Source: Camelus ferus | Lineage: Eukaryota | Direction of reading: 5' to 3' | DNA: 64,000 bases | NCBI RefSeq assembly: GCF_009834535.1 | Contig: NC_045697.1 | Span: 95,792,001-95,856,000 of the forward strand | Part shown: positions 39,006 to 52,899 of the stretch, one piece after another | How the letters are laid out: every line of letters begins with the position of its first letter | Position numbering within the stretch: the first letter of the stretch is position 1 | The notes under the pieces: generated by a model | What the model was told of the DNA's origin: nothing | Seen by the model: the letters and a program-made list of their open reading frames with translations, nothing else | Database searches by the model: none | Translations under genes and position numbers: made by a program

Positions 39006-42000
39006 AAAAAAATTGTGAGTTGATACCTCAGTCTCTTTTTTGGTAAAAGTAACTCCACACAAAAACCATTCAACATCTACTCAGAGAAGCAGCATTCCTC
39101 TTCTTTTTCCTGGGAGTGTCACTGACTGGACCTAGAGTTATTACATCAGCCTAAAGAAGGTCATATCTTGACCTCCATTCAAACAGAGATAATCCTTAAG
39201 AAGTGGCACCATAAAATATCAAAGAGTTTGTCACTTAACCTGCTGCACAAGATAGCAGATATCATTATGATTAATTTTCATGTTCTAATAACTGGTAGGG
39301 CAAATCATTCTTAATACATTAATTACCCTTCCTTTTTCATAAATATCTTGCCTCTTCTTAAATGTTTTTTTCTTATAAACATATTACAAATTTTAAAGTA
39401 AGCTCTTCTAGTTCTAAAAGACAATGTCCTATAGAGCCAACTGTTTCAATTTCTTTCAGTTAACAGTGGGAAGATCAAGCAATGGAATAATAAAATGTTT
39501 ACAACACCTACAAAGTGACAAGAATGTGTATTTCTGCCCCATCTCCATCTTCACTATGATACAAAACAGGGTCAAAGCAACTTTTCCTCCCACCCTATGC
39601 ACCCAAACCTGCTGTTCTAAACACAGGTTTGAGGAGACCCACTTGGGAGTGCTAGATTCTCTCCCATTTGTTTGATAACTGCACCATCAGACATTCTCTT
39701 TAGGTTTCTTTCTATGCTCCAATTTGATCTTGCCCTTGGCAGCTTAGTCTCACGAACTTTGAGAAGAAAAAGAAAAGGTCTTCATTCCATTACCTGGATC
39801 ATAGAATTTCCTGACTTCTTGCATCTATAAACTCTTGTGATGTTGTACTCATTAGAAAGGCATATTAGACACAATACATAGTACAAAGCAGAGGAGTCAG
39901 TAACATCAAGTTACTGAAGAGTCTCTTCTGGACCTAACGGAGAAACTTTAATGCTACTAGAATCTGTATGAAAACCGTGGTGATAATGGGACCCCATTAA
40001 ATATAATTTTGCTTTTCTTTCATATCTCCTATAAAATCAATGATGATATTCAAAAGCTTTAATGAGCACTGACCAAACAGAATCAAAACTAGCCTAACTC
40101 TAAAGTATGTGAATGGAGTGAATGAACCAGGCAGGGCTGTTTGAAAGCTGGGGCATTCTCTGGTAGCACTGGGGGTGGATGGGGCCTCTTTGGGAGGGGG
40201 ATTTGAGGACTCAACCAGTGACCATTTCTCTCCTCTACTAAAATATTTCAGTATTGTACCAATTGGCACAGCTGTGACAAAGCCTACTGGCTAAATATAT
40301 ACTTAATACAGTAACAACTAAGATTTTTGTCCCTACATTTCTATGCTTCAATCCCTCAGCTCACATTTTATAAACTGCCAATTAATTTTTGGAAAGAATA
40401 TGCATACGTGTAGATTTCGTGTAGAAAAAGACACTTCAAATTACCATTCTAAGTTGAGTGTGTGTGTGAGTGTGCATATGAAAAATATTTTTGTCAATTA
40501 AAATATTTGTGTGATATTTTAAAATTCAGACTCTATTTCCATAATATATAATGTCAGTTCAATAGCACAGCTGCAAGTCTCAAATGGTGCAGATGAAAAA
40601 TATGCACCTTATCTATTTAAATCTAATTTATATGATGCATGAGTAGAAAATGGATTACTTATTAAAACAAGATTGAAATCTTCTGAGCCCTTGGAAAAAA
40701 CACAACTAAGCATTATTAGCATCTATGGGGGCTGTTCTTTATTATTTTCTAAAATGCAATTAAAGCCTCATTAAAACACATTCAATTATAAAATGTCTTT
40801 TATTACCAAAATACTGCATAAGTCTTGCACATTGGGGAAGAAAATGAACCTTGAAGATATCTCTTAAGACAATTCCAAATTCTTTAGAGAACTTGTGTGT
40901 ATACCCAAAGGAGCATAAAGCTGCCACCTCCAACCTGCCATTACTATTTACTTACGTGAGAAAAAAATCTGTATTTTTTGACATACAATGATTTTTCTGC
41001 CTTGACAATGAATTTCCACATCACATATTTTAATTTCCTTGGCTAACATGTAGCCCATTTTATTATTCATGTTCACAACTTAGATATTCTGGGTTACTGT
41101 ACAAGTATTAGATGATGAGGTAAAAGAAGCACTCAAGCATTCAATAAATGTTTATTAAAAAGCAGTTATAAACTAGTTACTGCATGGACAAAGGAGATAC
41201 AAAGGAGACAAACAGGTGAAATGCAACAGGGTGATCTGGAAAGAAATAAAAATTGATTGGCTAATAGAATTAATTTTCTTTCTTCATAATCATGTTAGGA
41301 AGCCAGTGTAAAGGTGCAATTGAGGGAAGACTATGCAAGACAGTACCCAAAAAAGAACTTAAAGGTAGGAGGTGGAAGCAACTGGATTTAAAATTCGGGA
41401 AATTTTCCCCAACCCTGGAAGGGAGACAGAGGCTTGACAGGATTTTATGAGCTTTGTTTCCACAGCAAGGTCCAAGAAAGCCTCTGAATACCTCTCCAGT
41501 AGACCCTGACTTCAGCCACCTTCTCACTACTCAGGCTTCGCATGCTTAAGAAGAAGACATGCTCAGAATTTTTACCAACAGTCTCGAGAGAGGCTCTAAA
41601 TTGTAATTCCTTCTTCATTCCCACTCCATTGCCTTCATTCAAAATTGGCAGTCCAAATCTTTCAGGTGATGGGGGATGATCAATAATCTCATTATCATAC
41701 AACTCTCCTTATGTCAGTTTCCAGTTCAAGTTGTCACCCCCAAATAGTTCATGCCTGCATTTTATAATTTACAGTTTCTCATTAACAAAATCATCTTTTA
41801 CTTCTCATAATGTTTCCTTTCCTCCTCATTCCTGACGAAGTTGGCGCCTTCCTGAATATGTGGCTTCCTGTGAGTTCCCTTCGGAATTAACTCTTCTAAT
41901 TTCCCTATAGATAAATTAACACAAGACCTGGGATGGAGGGAGACATCCTCATTCCTCATAATAGCTGGTTCTGTGTTTTCCTTCCTCCTCCATCAAAAAA

Positions 42001-42159
42001 CAAACAAACAAACAAACAACAGTTCCACTGAATGACAAGCCTTCGGACTATGTAATTCACCCACACTCCTTTGCTATCTACCAATCCCCAGGGCATTTAT
42101 CATTAGTTGCATATTTGCCCTCTTGTTCTTTTGTCTCTCTCTCTCTCCATCTCTCCCAT

Positions 42160-42444
42160 TGTAGTCCCAGAGGCAGGAAGTTCAAGATCTTGGTGTTAGC
42201 ATGGCCCAGATCAGGGCTCTCTTCTGGGTTGCAGGCTTCTCATTGTATCCTCTTGCTGAGAAAGGAGCTAGGGAGCTCTGTGGGGTCTTTTTTATAGTGG
42301 GATTAAAGCACTAATTCCATTCATAAAGGCTCTACCCTCAGGGCAGAACTGTTTCCCAAAGGCCCCACCTACTAATATCTTCTCTATTGGGACTTAGAAT
42401 TTCAATGCGTGAATTTTGGGGAAACATAAACTCAGAGGACAGCA
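42160..42444 (-). mobile_element. MaLR MLT1A-like LTR (partial)
   Basis: 'ggaagttcaagatc..gcactaattccattcataaaggctctaccctca..cccaaaggccccacct..aatttcaatgcgtgaattttgggaaacataaac..agca'. Confidence 0.85.
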
Positions 42445-42459
42445 ACTATGGATCAAAAT

Positions 42460-45232
42460 TTTATAACAACCTCTTCAACAATGACAGTGACTTCCACATT
42501 CCATCCCTTTGTGCCTCCCAGTTTCCTGAACTCTTAAATTCCAAGTGCCTTTTCTTCTGTGCTTCCTCAATAAAACTGTATATTTTATACTCTAGACATG
42601 ATCACTACTAATGGATATAAATCCACTGACACTACCATTTTTCTTTTTCCCATGTCTCCCTATAACTCACTTCTCTATACGCATCCAAGACACCATCGTC
42701 CACCTCTGTGATTGCTCACTTGAAGCATTCTTGACTCCTTTTTCCTTCTCTCTTTCACTCTGTTCTTAGTCATTTTGAAAGCTGCTTAGATTCGATTTTC
42801 TTCCTGTTCTACTTTTAGCCTAGTATGGTTAAATGTGGGTGGAATAAGAAATATTAATTTAAACTAAAAATCACAATATGAAGGTCGGCCATCTGTATTG
42901 CCTAGGTTTCCTTGTTAATTACTCTCCCATTCTTTGAGGTGACTGTTCCATATGTTTCCTTCTCTCTTAGACCTGCTATCACCAATTTCCTACATTTTTA
43001 ATTTGTTCATATGCCTTTAAAAACGTTCACTTAAACATAAATATAATCTAAAATACAATATTTTATAACCCACTTATAACTTTATCAATATGTTTTTGCA
43101 TTCTCTCATTTTCTCTTTCTTCCTAAAACTAATCTCTCCAATTGTGTACTAGATAATATTATCTTCTCTCACTTATTCAAATTTATTTTTTTCCTGCAGT
43201 TATCTCATCTCTATCCTAAATAATCCAATTTTTATTCTTTATTGACAGTTTCTATCAGGATACAAATACACTTAAAATTTTCCCATAAAAAACAATGATA
43301 AAATATCCTATACTTCAGATCCCTTTTTAGCGACTGCCCTGTTTCTCCCTAACCTTCAAAATGGCACACTTGAATAGCACGATTACTAATAAAAATACCT
43401 AACTTTTTCGAGTGTTTACGGTAGACTCTAGGTGATTTTTATTACTTTACATGCTGATTCCTTTGACTCTATTAGCTCTTTCACTTCTTTACCTGTCATT
43501 TACCCTGAGCCCACTGTGTCAGGCTTCCTTCTCAGTCCCTCTACTAAATGGCCCTTTTTCACTGCCCTTAACGATCTTCATCTTGTCATACTACACGTTC
43601 AATTTCTGAATGCAGGCAGAGCTTATTACTATGAACTATGTTCTCCTCTTTGAAATCCTTTATTCACTCAGTTTCTGGAATATCACAGACTTCTAGCTGT
43701 CTCACCAGCTCCTCATCCAGCTGGTTTACCGTGCAATTTGCAGCTTAACTTTTCTTTTCTCAGCTTTAAAGGAGAAAGTACCTGGAAATGAGTCTTTGTT
43801 CCTTCTTTCTATCTACATTTGCTACCTGGATAGTCATCTAATACCATATCTTTAAGTACTATTTATATATTCATATATTTCACTTTTCGATCTTTAGCCC
43901 TAACCACACCCCTGCTCCAAATTTCTGCTTCTAATTATCTACTATACAGTTCCATTTGTATACTCAGTAGGCATCTGTAGTAAATGTTAGTAGTGAACCC
44001 CCAGTATGCTTCTCCTCAGCACACAGAAGACTCCAAGCCCCCTTGCATTTTGGCAAACCTATGTGAGTACTTGTAGCCAACGGTCTGAGAGAAGAAATGT
44101 GTGTGACTTTTGAGCCTAAACACAGGAGCCTGAGAGTGAAATCTCCACGTAATTATTTCTTCTGCTTTAGACAACAGGAAGGTCTTGTCAAGATGCTGTG
44201 ACTGTAAAAGCTGGTGTCTGCTTCAGCCTGTGGAGGCAAAGCCCTGTACCAATCACCTAATACCTGTGAAAGAAATTAACCACTGGGTGACCAACTATTA
44301 AGATTTGGGTGTCAATCACTGAAATGTAGCTTAGAATACTTTAATGAATATAATATCTAAAATTTAACTTGATATCCTTCATAAAAAATCCTTTGGATTT
44401 ATTATCCAAACTACCCCATAATTGTAAATAGCATCATCTTTACCCAAACATCTAGGAGTCATTCACCCACCCACATCTAGTCTAGCAGAAATTCCTATTC
44501 ATTCTAAGTTCAAAATATTTCCTAAACCCTACCACTTTTTGTTACTTCCACCATAGTCACAGCCACACTATTTTCAGCCATTATCACTTTTGCCTGGAGG
44601 TCTGCAGAAGCCTCTCAAATAATCACCTTTTCTAAATTTATCCCTCACATTATATATTCTATAAAGTACTCCCCACTAAAAGCATAATTGCTTCCATTAC
44701 AATCCTTCTATGATTTCCATGATTTCCTACCATGGTGAATATCATCTCCTTTGGGTCCTGCCTTTTGCTCAATGTGCTGATTTTCTTGGCAGTTCTCAGA
44801 CAGGTAAAGCTGGTTCCTGCCTTGAGACTTTTGAAGTTCTGTTCCCAATCACTCAAACTTTCTTCTCCAAGATCTTCACTGGTTCACTCCCTCAGTATTC
44901 TACTCAAATGCCATGTCTTCACAAAGGCAATCTCTGTCTCACCACCAACTCCCATCATTCATGATTCCTTTGTTTTACTTTATTTTTCTTTACAGCATGC
45001 ATCATTGCATGTGTACATGCAAGTCTGTGTGCACATATACATGTGTGGATGTGAGTGTGAATATGTCTATGTGTACGTGACTGTGTGTACTTTTTTCTCA
45101 TCTATATCCAACATTGGATTATAAATTCCATGAAGGATCTTTTTTCTCTCTTCACAGTTTTATCCCTGGAACTGTAATTGTGTCCAGAACACAAGTGGGT
45201 GCTTAGTAAATATTTGTTAAATGAATAAATAA
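42460..45232 (+). mobile_element. Long L2 remnant (ORF2 to 3' end), split by MLT1
   Basis: L2 RT-region motifs ('ccactgtgtcaggcttc', 'ctcctctttgaaatcc', 'taggcatct') and 3' end 'cagaacacaagtgggtgcttagtaaatatttgttaaatgaataaat'. Confidence 0.75.
43976..44352 (+). mobile_element. MaLR MLT1I/J-like LTR
   Basis: 'agccccttgcatt..tgtgagt..tagccaacgg..gaagaaatgtgtgtgactttt..agaaattaac..taagatttggg..aatata'. Confidence 0.7.
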
Positions 45233-45859
45233 ATTCCATTATCATTATTCTATACTCATTCTCAAGTAATAAAATAGGGCTGCTGTATAATCCAAACAAA
45301 CATTCAGCTAAACCTATGAAGTTATTACATTCCTGTTTGAAACTATAAATAGCTGTTATTTATTCCGATGAATTTAAATGAGAATTTCAAAATGCTAAGA
45401 TTTCACAATTTGTTAAATAATAGATTGTCTATTCTTTCTGTTTGCTACCTAACTACATAAAGAGTTCTAAGCAAGCAGAGAAAATGATTCAGCTAAGATA
45501 TTTACAGTGCATTATTTATATATGAATATAATGTATTATTAAAATAAAGTTATGTGCTTTTGAAATCACCATCATCATGCTTACCCATATTAAAATACCT
45601 GTACAGAATCAGAATTGATGAATTCAAGAAAAGTTCAAAACGGGAAGTAGGAGAATCGTAGTTTTTCACATTTCTCTGATAAAATACTTAATCTTTTAAG
45701 CATATTTATTTATTTAAAGACTTAAAAAGGTGAAAAGATTATGCTCCCTTTACCTCTGAGCATATCCTTAACCAACTGAAATTGTAGATGATTTTATCAA
45801 GGGTAAAAACTCCCTACCTATGGCTAAACTAGTGGAAACACCTAGTTTTGTACACTGCT

Positions 45860-46345
45860 GATACAGCTGATTATTAGCTTATGAACTATTCTCCCTTTGA
45901 GTTTTCTGACACTACAACTCTCTCCTGCTTTCCCTCCAAATGTTCTCATGAGTTCTACTAAATTTATTTTGCTGAGAAATGTTTGTGCTCCTCAGTGTTC
46001 ATTCCCACATTTGTCTGTTTTTCTGTTCTCATCATAAACATTAACTATAGTTACCCTAGGAAATCTCTACAACTACCGTAAGTTTAGTTACACCTGTACA
46101 CCAGCCCATCTATCAGTAATAACTACAGTCTTATCCAAATGTGATCCAGCACGGTCCCCTGGAGCCCTAGAGTATGGAAAAATCAGTGTGTCTAAAACTG
46201 AACTCATTATCTTCCCTCCAAAACCATCTTCTCTTCCTTTTATCTGCATTACTGGTGAATTCCATCAATTAGCATCAACCTTGACTCTTTTCTTTGTTTT
46301 TATTTCCCATATACGATAATAAAACTTTGAGCATTTTATCTGATA
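45860..46345 (+). mobile_element. L2 fragment
   Basis: 'ctgacactacaactctctcctgctttccctcc', 'gtgtctaaaactgaactcattatcttccctccaaaacc'. Confidence 0.65.
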
Positions 46346-46454
46346 AATATACCATGAATTCAACCTGGGGTGAAGAATTTCAATGTGTCACATTTTTTCT
46401 GTTTTCCTTCCAGGCATTTAGATTTAACTTTCCCACACCCTCTGAAGATAGTCC

Positions 46455-47710
46455 AAGGAGTCTTTCTAATAATCTTAATAGACATGCTTTGTTAATTATT
46501 TATGTGGAAAAGATTATCTCCCAGTTTGTAGCTTATATTTTCACTCTTACATTTTCCTTTTTTTTTTTAAATGTCTCAGTAAACAGAATTATTCTTCATG
46601 CAGTTCAATTTGTCTATTTTTTTCACGGTTAATGCGGGTGTGGTTTATTTATGAAATAATGTCACATCAAAGTGTGAAACTACCCATGTACATTTTTCAA
46701 ACATACAATTGACAAGAATTTGTGTCAAGAATATTGGAAGGACTCCTACAAAATAGTTGGCTAATAGAACAATGGGCAAAAACATGAACTGTCATCACAA
46801 AGAAAAGAAAAGCACCAAGAATAAGTATTCTACCTTCATATTTTCAAAATCAGGAAAATAAAAATTGAATGGGTCTACAACAATAAAATATTCTACACAT
46901 TCAATTAGTAGAAATTCAGTAATCTGAAAATACTCAATATTGGAAAGAATGTGAATCAATGAGATCTCTTTCTACAACCATTTTTTAAAACAGTGTGTCA
47001 TTGTCATTGTACCTTTGAAATATTTCCTGCTGCATGACTTTCTACTTATAGACATAATTGTGCATGCATGCTTTACAAATTACATGAATAAACTTTTAAG
47101 ACGCAATTTATAATTGAAAGAATAGAAACCAAAGTATCATTGACAGGAGAATGAGCAAATACAAGGGAGCATATTCATACAGAAAACTATGTATTGTAAT
47201 AATATGTATAAGCTGACACCATGTAAAACATATGGATGGGTTAAGCAAGACAAATAAGTTCTAGAGATCTGCTGTACAACACTGTACCTACAGTCAACAA
47301 GAATGTGTTGTACACTTAAAAGTTTCTTAGCAGAGTATCTCTCATGTTAAGTACTCTTACTACAATAAAATAAATAAATATATATATACATATATTCATA
47401 TATATAGATAGATGGACCTTTGTAACATAATGTTTAATATAAAAAAATCACAAATGATTACATATAATATGAAATTATTTGAAAAATATCCAGTAGCTAG
47501 CCAGACTAAATAAGGTTTAATTAGATAATAGATAGATGAGTGGATAGATACTCAAATATAACACATAAATCAAGGAAATGAATAACAGAGAATTCAAGAC
47601 AGAAGTTAAATCCTGTAGATAGGTGAAAGATGGGGGAAGCTTAACATAAGCTATTGTTAATATTGCAGGCCTTGGTTGAATCTTGGGTTCAGAGGTATTC
47701 ATTATATTAT
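46455..47710 (+). mobile_element. Ancient L1ME with an inverted 5' segment (46455-46690 on minus)
   Basis: Minus piece contains 'tgggagataatcttttccacata'; plus piece 'catacaattgacaag..aggactcctacaaa..aatgggcaaaa..tattggaaagaatgtgaatcaatgaga'. Confidence 0.65.
47240..47385 (+). mobile_element. L1MA-type 3' end inserted in older L1
   Basis: 'aataagttctagagatctgctgtacaacactgtacctacagtcaacaa..tgtacacttaaaa..ctcatgttaagtactcttactacaataaaa'. Confidence 0.85.
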
Positions 47711-47975
47711 TAAAATGAATAAATTCATTAATTAATCAGGTATAAAAGGTAAGATGAAACCTGGCTATGCACAAACCAATGATAATAACACATCATGAAT
47801 CAAGGACTGATTATTTTGTTCATATCGGAGATAATTTTTGTTAAATAGTATATTCAGTGATATATTAGTCTTATGCTCCTATAAGGCATAGAATGCATAT
47901 TGAAATAAATAAATAATATTTATTTCATTATAGGCCCATACACTTTCTTTTATATACTATTTAACTACCCTCCCA

Positions 47976-48012
<37 letters not shown>

Positions 48013-48028
48013 GACACGGACACACACA
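47976..48028 (+). repeat. (CA)n microsatellite, interrupted
   Basis: Directly visible. Confidence 0.9.
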
Positions 48029-50030
48029 AACTGTTTATAACTACTTGTTTTGAAAAGTAAAAAGACACAGCCTAGCTCTACAAATATACTTTCTTGACAT
48101 CATCTTCCTTGAAAGACAGTTTTAATACTTAAGTTTTCTTAATTATTTTAAAATTATCTTGATAAAATATTTCCATGTTGTTCTTAATACTACTCAAAAG
48201 TTAAAAATATAAAGGCTTAATTTTTATAATTGGTATTTATTTACAATATTTTAAAATATATATAATTTTAACTGAGATGTTTTATGAAGAGCATTTTTAA
48301 GAAAAAAAAATAAAATTAGCAAATATCCAGAAAGCCATGAATTTTTATGCTTACGTGGAAAACCCCATTAATAGGAAATGATTTCATAGACAGGAATTGT
48401 GAACTAGTAATGTTATCATCATATTTTATTACATCTTTGTGCTTAGATCATTAAGATTTATTATTTAATTAGCCTGCAGTTTAGCAACACATTGTAGTAT
48501 ACATACAATATTGTTGACAAAAATGCCTGTACTCATTTTCAGCCATTTACTAAAAGAGACAAGTGAGAATAACTTTTTGTCATCTTCTATAAGTACTGAA
48601 TGCTATTTTTATAAATGTCACAAAATCAAACTTAGGTAAATCATGAATTTAGTAAGGATTTGTGTTTATTTGACACAGACTAATTATGAGTATTCCATTT
48701 CTATCAAGTAGAATAATCCAGGAAAAATCTCTTTTTAAGCTAGAATTCTAAACTGAATAAGGTAAATGAAAATAGTTTTTTATTTAAAAAGTGTTTTATC
48801 ATCACAGATGAAATCCAAACGATTTGAAAATGTCACAACAGTAAAATCTTGGCCTCTTTTATAAGTGTTAAAGACTCATTTGCTTGTGGAAGGCTAAAAA
48901 CGTAATTAATATCCTAAATATTATTATAAGAGATTTATGTTGAAATATCTGGTACCCCCATGTATTTAGTCAAGACAAGTAGTTCTTAAAAGCCAATAGT
49001 CAAAGGGAGTTTCTCAGAGAAAAACTAAAAGCAGAGGAAGAGCCTGTGAATTGCTGAAAGACCCATGTTTTCAAAGACTTGTTCTATATTTTGTCTAGAT
49101 TTTATTGTATTCAGAAGTTTAATAATGTAATTGCCATTTTCTAAAAATAAAGAATTTATAGAAACCAGTAATTATAATAATTGGCCAATAATTACAACAT
49201 AATAGACAAATTTTATAGAGTTTAAATATCAGTCTGTAGCACTCTTTTCTCTTGGACAGTTGCTTGTGACCTGTATTCTGATAGATTTTTCCGATAGATT
49301 CTGACAGACTTTCCACTAGATATCCAATTCAATCTCTACCAAATCACATGGCAACATGATTGTTACAATGTATACAATATATTGTGATTTTAAACAGTGC
49401 TTTTTAATACTTCCAGTTTTCATGTATCCCAGAAGAAAACCCTGTCCAGTGTATTTGTGTTTGTATAGTGAAATATGATTTAGTTCAGATAATGTGTTTG
49501 TAAGCAATAGAAGCAAACTTTGACTAATGTAGTATGAAAAAGGATGGCATATTTAGTTCAGAATCAACAGAAGAGTAAAATAAACAATCTTTGGGAAAAA
49601 CAAGAGTCAGGGTATCTCTTGGGAACCTTAAGTAGAAGAAGACTTTCATTTGATTGTTAAGTCCTAACTCCTTTGAGTACCCTCTGCCTCTTCACGTAAG
49701 ACTCAAATTATGATACATATGGTATAATAGCTTCAGCTTTACTTGGCTGCTTCTACTGTGTTTGGGACAAGAGTAAGGCAAAGGCAGATTCCTAAGGAAG
49801 GGATGACAGTCTGGAATAACATATCTACTAAACATAAGGCAAAACTCAAGATATTTACCAACAACTTCTTCATGCTACTATGTTTGAATTTTACCTACCA
49901 TGAGCTGAAACTGATGTGAAATAATATTGTGAAACTGGCAGAGGTTCTTTCCTGCTCTTGGCTTAAAGATTCTCCACTGAGAATTCTGGGTACCTTCTCT
50001 TTTATACTTCACTGGAATTCATCTACAGTA

Positions 50031-50129
<99 letters not shown>
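50031..50129 (+). repeat. Compound microsatellite (AAT)16(GAT)17
   Basis: Counted directly: AAT 50031-50078, GAT 50079-50129. Confidence 0.97.
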
Positions 50130-50979
50130 AATGTAGTAAAGAGTGGTATCTCTTGAAAATCCAAAGATTTTCTTTCAGAAAAAAAGTATGAAAATACTCG
50201 CATAATGAAATCTGAAATGTAACTAAAATATAGTACCTCCTGTCTTTTACAAATTGATATGATATTACTAACTCACAGATTAGGTTAAAGCTTTAAGCAG
50301 GCTTTTTAGTTCTTTGAGGACTGAGGCATCAGGGTCTCCTCCTCCAGGTAGATTTGCAATCGAATTTCATGGCATAGTTAGCCAATGCCATAGTTACAGT
50401 CTGAAAGTCAATGAAAATAGTTTACTGAAATTCAGCTCTTTAGTCCCCCATGTTCTCATTATTTTCTAACCAGCCCTCACTTAATTGTATTCAGAGCAAT
50501 GCTACACTTAAGGAATTTTTTTTTAATTCAGAGGCTAAAAAGTGATTCTAAAATAAATAACAAATCCAAGCCTGACAATTATGATGAATTATAGAGACAA
50601 TTAAATCATGATGCATGTGATCTCATTTACAGCATGCTTATTTTAGTGATTATATATAGTAATACATGCTCATCACAGAGTTTTAAAAAATACTCTAAGG
50701 GTGTACAAAAGGATAAGAAAAATCATCCATAAGCCCATCATATTATGAAATAATTAGCATGGGATGAAATAGGGATCAGAGAAAAGTTGCTTTTAAATCT
50801 ACAACACAAGCTGCTGTTCTCCTAACTATAATGTATACATACCTACTATATATATAAAATATATCCTTTTATATAATTTATAGTATATATTTTATTGTGA
50901 TTGGCTTCCATTTTCCTAGACATGTTTTAAATGCATATGTATTTTTAAAGGTTTTGGAGTCACATATATAATCTTTTAA

Positions 50980-51150
50980 ACCCTGGGTGACTTGGAAAAA
51001 GATTCAGGTCTCATAGAGTCTTGGTTACTGTCTCTGTATAATGGGCATAATTCTTGCCTCTCAGGGTTCTTGTGAGGATTTCAACTAACATCTAAGAAAA
51101 AGGCTTATAGTAACTGGCACAGAGTAGTAAATAAGTGTTTGAAACTATTA
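50980..51150 (+). mobile_element. MIR fragment
   Basis: 'ctgggtgacttgg..tctgtataatgggcataat..cctctcagggttcttgtgaggatt..ctggcacagagtag'. Confidence 0.75.
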
Positions 51151-52050
51151 ATTATATATATAATATTCTATCCAATATATACTAACTTTATTTTAACTAT
51201 ATATTTGAAGGATACATTATTTTCTACTTTTTGAAAATATAAATAACTTACATCTTTTCATAAATAGTGCTTACAATATTTGATACCATTAAACTATGTT
51301 TTATACATTATTCACTTTTAGAATAATTTAATGTTCCATTATATTAGCAAAGATAATGGAAAGTTAAGTTTTAAAAAATGGGAAATGTTTTCACACTGCA
51401 TATAATAATGAAATTTGAGTGGCATCATTCAGCAATTTCTACTGTTTCTAAATCTATCTTCTTTTTCCTTACTTCATTTCAAATTATCATATAATTAATG
51501 CTTTTTTATTTGGGGAAATATCTAAATATTATAATTAAAATTGCACAATGTGCTTTATCCTGTAATAAAAAGAGCATCATTAGTGGAGCATTTTTAAATG
51601 CAAATTATCTGTAACATAATAGAAATGGAACTCCTTTTTTATACTTTCTGGGGTGGTGATTCTAGAATGGTAATTGTGAATAAGCTCTATGTGAATCACA
51701 AAAATTTTAACCAAGTAATAGGAACCAACTGAAAACAAGTTACGCCACTTCCAATGCCTCCTTTACTCTTGTGTAGAAACTGCCTGTGCCTCAGAGCATG
51801 TCTTATCTGATACACACACACACACACACAGGCCATCCTAAACCCAGAAAGGACCAGTGCCCCTTCTAGATCATGGACAGCCACTTCCACAACATCCATG
51901 TGAGAAATGATCCAAAGTGATAAGAACTTGGGTTGGTCTGTGGTTTTGATATTATTTTGTATCTTGTTTTTGTAGTTATTAATTGCACAGATTTAGAAGA
52001 CTGTTAGTGGTAAATATTGTCCAAAATGTTACACAGACTTACTAATACAG

Positions 52051-52283
52051 AGAAGGGAGGAGGGACAAAGTAGGGGTATGGAATTAACAGATACAAACTA
52101 CTATGTATAAAATAGATAAGCAACAGGATATACTGTATAATGCAGGGAATGATAGCCATTATCCTTTAATAACTTACAATGGAGCATAATCTGCAAAAAT
52201 ACTGTATCACTATGCTGAATACCTGAAACTAATATCGTGAATCAATTATACTTCAATTAAAAAAATTTGTTAAAGAAAAAAAA
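52051..52283 (+). mobile_element. L1 3'UTR (cetartiodactyl-type) with A-tail
   Basis: 'ggaattaacagatacaaactactatgtataaaatagataagcaacaggatatactgtata..cacctgaaactaa'-type motifs ending 'atcaattatacttcaattaaaaaaa'. Confidence 0.88.
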
Positions 52284-52379
52284 ATTCCTTGAGATTGCCT
52301 ACAATAATGCATTACCCAAAGGTCTATATTTAAATTTTAAAAAAACAGTAGCATTATTTTTTTTTCCATGGAAGTATAG

Positions 52380-52615
52380 ACAGGCAGAAGGGGAGTAGAA
52401 TTATTATGTCAGAGATAAAGCCAGGTATCAAATCCTTCCTCTGCCACTTACAATTTGAGGCTGTGTCCCTACTTTATCTCTCTGAGCTTCAGTCTTTAAT
52501 ATACATAACAGAAATTATACTATCAACCTAACCTGCTGTTTTACAGGAGTCTGTGTGATAATATGTGTATTTGTTTTGTGTACATGTCATAGAGTACATT
52601 CTAAAATTGATTTTA
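52380..52615 (+). mobile_element. MIR remnant
   Basis: 'tcaaatccttcctctgccacttac..tctctgagcttcagt'. Confidence 0.65.
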
Positions 52616-52899
52616 TTAAGGTTGTAAGAAAATATCAGAAAAAGATTACATAGATTTATTTTTTCCTAGGAAGTATATTACCTCCTCTCTGGTATAAGCT
52701 CAGTTTTAACAAGCTACTGAAATCACTGAAGGTAATTTAATTTCAGGAAAAAACATGATTTTAAATCTCTCTCTTTGGAGCAATTTATATTTTTTTTTTT
52801 TAAAAAAAACAAGATTCATTTAACTAATGTAACTTTTAGGCAATAAGAGATTTATAAACTTCTCTCACTTTGGTTTAACTTTTATAATTATAATTTTTG

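Noticed and set aside
41560..41585. Peptide TVGKNSE recalled from PUS7L
   Set aside because: Flanking residues do not align; a likely coincidental 7-mer
49929..50203. Poly-N/D and poly-S/L ORFs
   Set aside because: Translation artefacts of the (AAT)n(GAT)n microsatellite
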